This document shows, one piece after another, positions 32,947 through 35,309 of a stretch of 35,309 bases of DNA (position 1 is its first letter; the number at the start of each line of letters is the position of its first letter). The notes under the pieces are model-generated. The model made no database searches. It saw nothing but the letters and a program-made list of their open reading frames with translations, and had not been told where the DNA came from. The position numbers and the translations under genes were made by a program. This DNA is from an uncultured Bdellovibrionales bacterium (GTDB lineage Bacteria; Patescibacteriota; Minisyncoccia; Moranbacterales; UBA1568). The stretch spans positions 1 to 35,309 of the forward strand of contig CAZLQC010000005.1 in assembly GCA_964561695.1 (NCBI GenBank). Direction: 5' to 3'.

Positions 32947-34536
32947 CTAGGAAAACCAACCTCGTTTAGGCATCAGTATTTTACCTCTTTTGAGAGGGAG
33001 TATAGTACCATTAGTCAGTGCCAACTCACCATTAATAATGACCGTATCTATCCCCGTAGCATATTGATACGGATTTTCAAGAGTAGCATTATCAGTGACT
33101 GTATTCGGATCAAAAACAACAATATCGGCAACACACCCCTTCATTAATCTGCCTCTTTTCTCCAAACGGAAAACATCCGCTGGTTTGCCAGTCATCTTAT
33201 GGATAGCCTCCTCCCAAGATAAAATCTTCTCTTCACGCACATACTCTCTCAGAACTTTCGGGAATGTTCCAAAACTTCTCGGGTGAACTAACTCTCCACT
33301 CTCTTTGTGTTCGATACCGTATCCTGATCCGTTGCTTGAAATGATAGAGAAAGGGTGCTGAATAGCCTCACGTACATTCTTAGAAGAAAGTACCTCAAGT
33401 GAGACGATGGCTCGCCCATCACTGGCCATCAAAAAGTCCAGGAGTGTTTGTTCGGGAGAAGTGCCCTGTAGTACAGCGATCTCTGAAATACGACGTCGCG
33501 TAAGCATACGAGAAAGCGAAGAGGCGGCAATAAGAATCTGGTCGTAATTTAGATTTTTAGTCTTGAGATCACGAAGTACCGCTTGCCTTGTTTGTGGATC
33601 ACGGAGTTTGGCCATCATCATCTGACGACCATCTTTAGTAATCCATTCTGGGAAAAGTGTGTAGAGTACTGAGCCGGTCTGAGTGTACGGATAGACATCG
33701 AAAGTTACCTTGATACCTTCAAGAGCCCTCACTTCTATCAGTTCCAAGGCTTCTTGCATGCGTGGCCAGTTGGCTTCTCCAACAGCTTTGAGGTGAGAAA
33801 TATGAAGCGTGACACCAGTCTCCTTGGCCACACTCATTGCTTCTTCAACAGCCCCGACAAGTCCAGCCTCTTCATCACGTACATAGGTTGCATAGACACC
33901 ATCTTTCTCTACCACTGTTTTGACGAGGGTAGTGATCTCTCGGGCGCCAGCATCACGAGCGTGTGTGTAGTGAAGACCTGTGGACAAACCGATCGCCCCT
34001 TCTTTCAGGGCTGTCTCTAAAAGAGTATTCATAATAGCGATATCCTCTGGTATGATCGTACGCGCTACATCGTGCATCACTCCACGCCGGAGTGTTCCAT
34101 GCCCTACTAAGGTGGCAAAATTTACCCCCAAACCTCTTTTCTTTAACTCAGCCAAATACTCACTCATCCGTAGCCAATTGAAGTTAATTTTTTGAACATC
34201 TGTCCATTTCTGAATGGAGCGAATAGTTTCCGAACTCGTCAGCGGAGCGAGAGAAGAGCCCGAATTGCCACCAATGATAGTTGTCACTCCCTGGTACAAA
34301 AGACTCTCTTGAAGAGGATTTTTGAAAAGCTGCCAATACGTATCGGCATGGTTATTGACATCGATAAAGCCAGGAGCAATGTATTTACCACTCGCATCAA
34401 TCTCTTGTTCTCCTCGCTCGTGAGAAAGCTCCCCAATAGCCATGATTATTCCTTCACGAATAGCAATATCAGCCTGAAACATAGGCCGACCAGACCCATC
34501 GATTACCGTACCCTTTTTTATGAGAATATCATACAT
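32947..34536 (-). CDS. N-acyl-D-amino-acid deacylase (D-aminoacylase, COG3653) family homolog with degenerate active-site ligands
   Basis: Family signatures along the full length: YDILIKKGTVIDGSG, APGFIDV, GHGTLRRGVM, GLSTGLHY, HISHLK, HPRSFGTFPKVLREYVRE, ADIVVFDP. Substitutions at the expected metal ligands are described in the findings. Confidence 0.8.
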   Translation of the reverse strand: MYDILIKKGTVIDGSGRPMFQADIAIREGIIMAIGELSHERGEQEIDASGKYIAPGFIDVNNHADTYWQLFKNPLQESLLYQGVTTIIGGNSGSSLAPLTSSETIRSIQKWTDVQKINFNWLRMSEYLAELKKRGLGVNFATLVGHGTLRRGVMHDVARTIIPEDIAIMNTLLETALKEGAIGLSTGLHYTHARDAGAREITTLVKTVVEKDGVYATYVRDEEAGLVGAVEEAMSVAKETGVTLHISHLKAVGEANWPRMQEALELIEVRALEGIKVTFDVYPYTQTGSVLYTLFPEWITKDGRQMMMAKLRDPQTRQAVLRDLKTKNLNYDQILIAASSLSRMLTRRRISEIAVLQGTSPEQTLLDFLMASDGRAIVSLEVLSSKNVREAIQHPFSIISSNGSGYGIEHKESGELVHPRSFGTFPKVLREYVREEKILSWEEAIHKMTGKPADVFRLEKRGRLMKGCVADIVVFDPNTVTDNATLENPYQYATGIDTVIINGELALTNGTILPLKRGKILMPKRGWFS

Positions 34537-34538
34537 GA

Positions 34539-35309
34539 CTATGCGGATTGATTTTTTTGTAAGACAAGCTTTACGTCTGCCATAAATTCTTCATCTTGTT
34601 GTAGGATCTTTGGAATAAGGGTGCTCAGGTCAACTGCTTCTTTGAACTCTTTAATTTTTTCAAGAGCGCTCTTCTTAGCGGTTTTCATGATCTGATCATA
34701 CTCTGGCATATCTTTATTTACAAAATGGACATTGCGAAAGTCTTCACGCGTACCTACTAATACCACCTGTCCTGTACGCATTTCCGGATCCATTTCAGCA
34801 AGGGCGTTCCCCGATCCCCGACTATTGCGTAGTCCTGCTATTTGAATATGAAAATCTTCATCCTGACGAAGACTATCAACCGCATAGTGCATAGCATAGG
34901 CCGGATCAATAGAAGCAACTTTAAGCATAAAGGCTTTGTTTTGGCGAGCTTCACGCGGCAATGACTGAAGAAAGCTCCCCAGTGAATCACGACTCGCCTC
35001 GAGTTGGTGGACATATTTTTCGAAATCGCCTGACTCCTGAAGTCCACCAAGGCGAATTCCTTGATCACCAAATCCAGCTTCTTTGAAAATTGACTTCGTA
35101 GTACCCCCTTCTTTGGGGCTCTCTGGTGCCACAACTGCCTCTGGGGTAGTGACCGGAGTAGAATCTGGAGCTTTTACTGGAGTCTTGGTAGGTATTGGTT
35201 CGCTGACTATCTCTTGTTGTGGCAATATTGGTAACGGAACCTTCAATTCTTGCTCTATATGCAGGAGCTCTTCCTCGAGTACTTTTCGTGCTTGAATCAA
35301 CTCGAGCAG
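34539..35309 (-). CDS. Hypothetical protein, 5'-partial (runs off the window)
   Basis: The frame stays open to the window edge, and the ORF-track start at 35300 is only a TTG. It has a Pro/Thr-rich linker. The C-terminal region (NKAFMLKVASIDPAYAMHYAVDSLRQDEDFHIQIAGL) is reminiscent of DUF4116-type repeats, at low confidence. Confidence 0.55.
   Translation of the reverse strand: MLELIQARKVLEEELLHIEQELKVPLPILPQQEIVSEPIPTKTPVKAPDSTPVTTPEAVVAPESPKEGGTTKSIFKEAGFGDQGIRLGGLQESGDFEKYVHQLEASRDSLGSFLQSLPREARQNKAFMLKVASIDPAYAMHYAVDSLRQDEDFHIQIAGLRNSRGSGNALAEMDPEMRTGQVVLVGTREDFRNVHFVNKDMPEYDQIMKTAKKSALEKIKEFKEAVDLSTLIPKILQQDEEFMADVKLVLQKNQSA

Overview
This 35.3-kb window is about 90% coding and is organised mostly as tightly packed minus-strand operons, several with ATGA start/stop overlaps. 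I saw no rRNA, tRNA, CRISPR array, transposase or integrase.

Recognisable genes are cell-envelope and housekeeping: murA, murD, mreB, an ftsQ-like gene, an MraY/WecA-type transferase, two GT4 and two GT-C (PMT/ArnT-like) glycosyltransferases, holB, trxB, rmuC and a DUF192 gene. Many orphan membrane or coiled-coil proteins sit among them. This content fits a small-genome Patescibacteria/CPR-like bacterium, which is an inference. TGA is used as a stop codon, so the standard code applies rather than code 25.

The stand-out region is the minus-strand block 7.8-20.1 kb. It has two parts:
- A four-gene operon: a 1,061-aa coiled-coil protein with glycine-zipper membrane segments, two small acidic proteins, and a membrane-anchored FtsK/HerA/VirD4-like P-loop ATPase.
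- After an intrinsic terminator, one 1,937-aa ORF. It fuses about 13 tandem HTH-like modules (nine canonical 69-aa repeats, 207-nt period) to a complete SNF2 ATPase core, a class I SAM methyltransferase and an unknown C-terminal domain.

The giant ORF samples markedly AT-richer than the flanking genes. Its architecture resembles the 'polyvalent' helicase-methylase proteins of phages and conjugative elements, but I do not recognise the repeat array, and no relaxase, VirB4 or integrase is present. This is my best candidate for an undescribed system.

Secondary observations:
- A D-aminoacylase homolog next to murD with most metal/catalytic ligands substituted.
- A TrxB lacking the NADPH HRRxxxR motif.
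- A consensus-promoter/terminator cassette for a small secreted protein.
- A hairpin-dense intergenic region.
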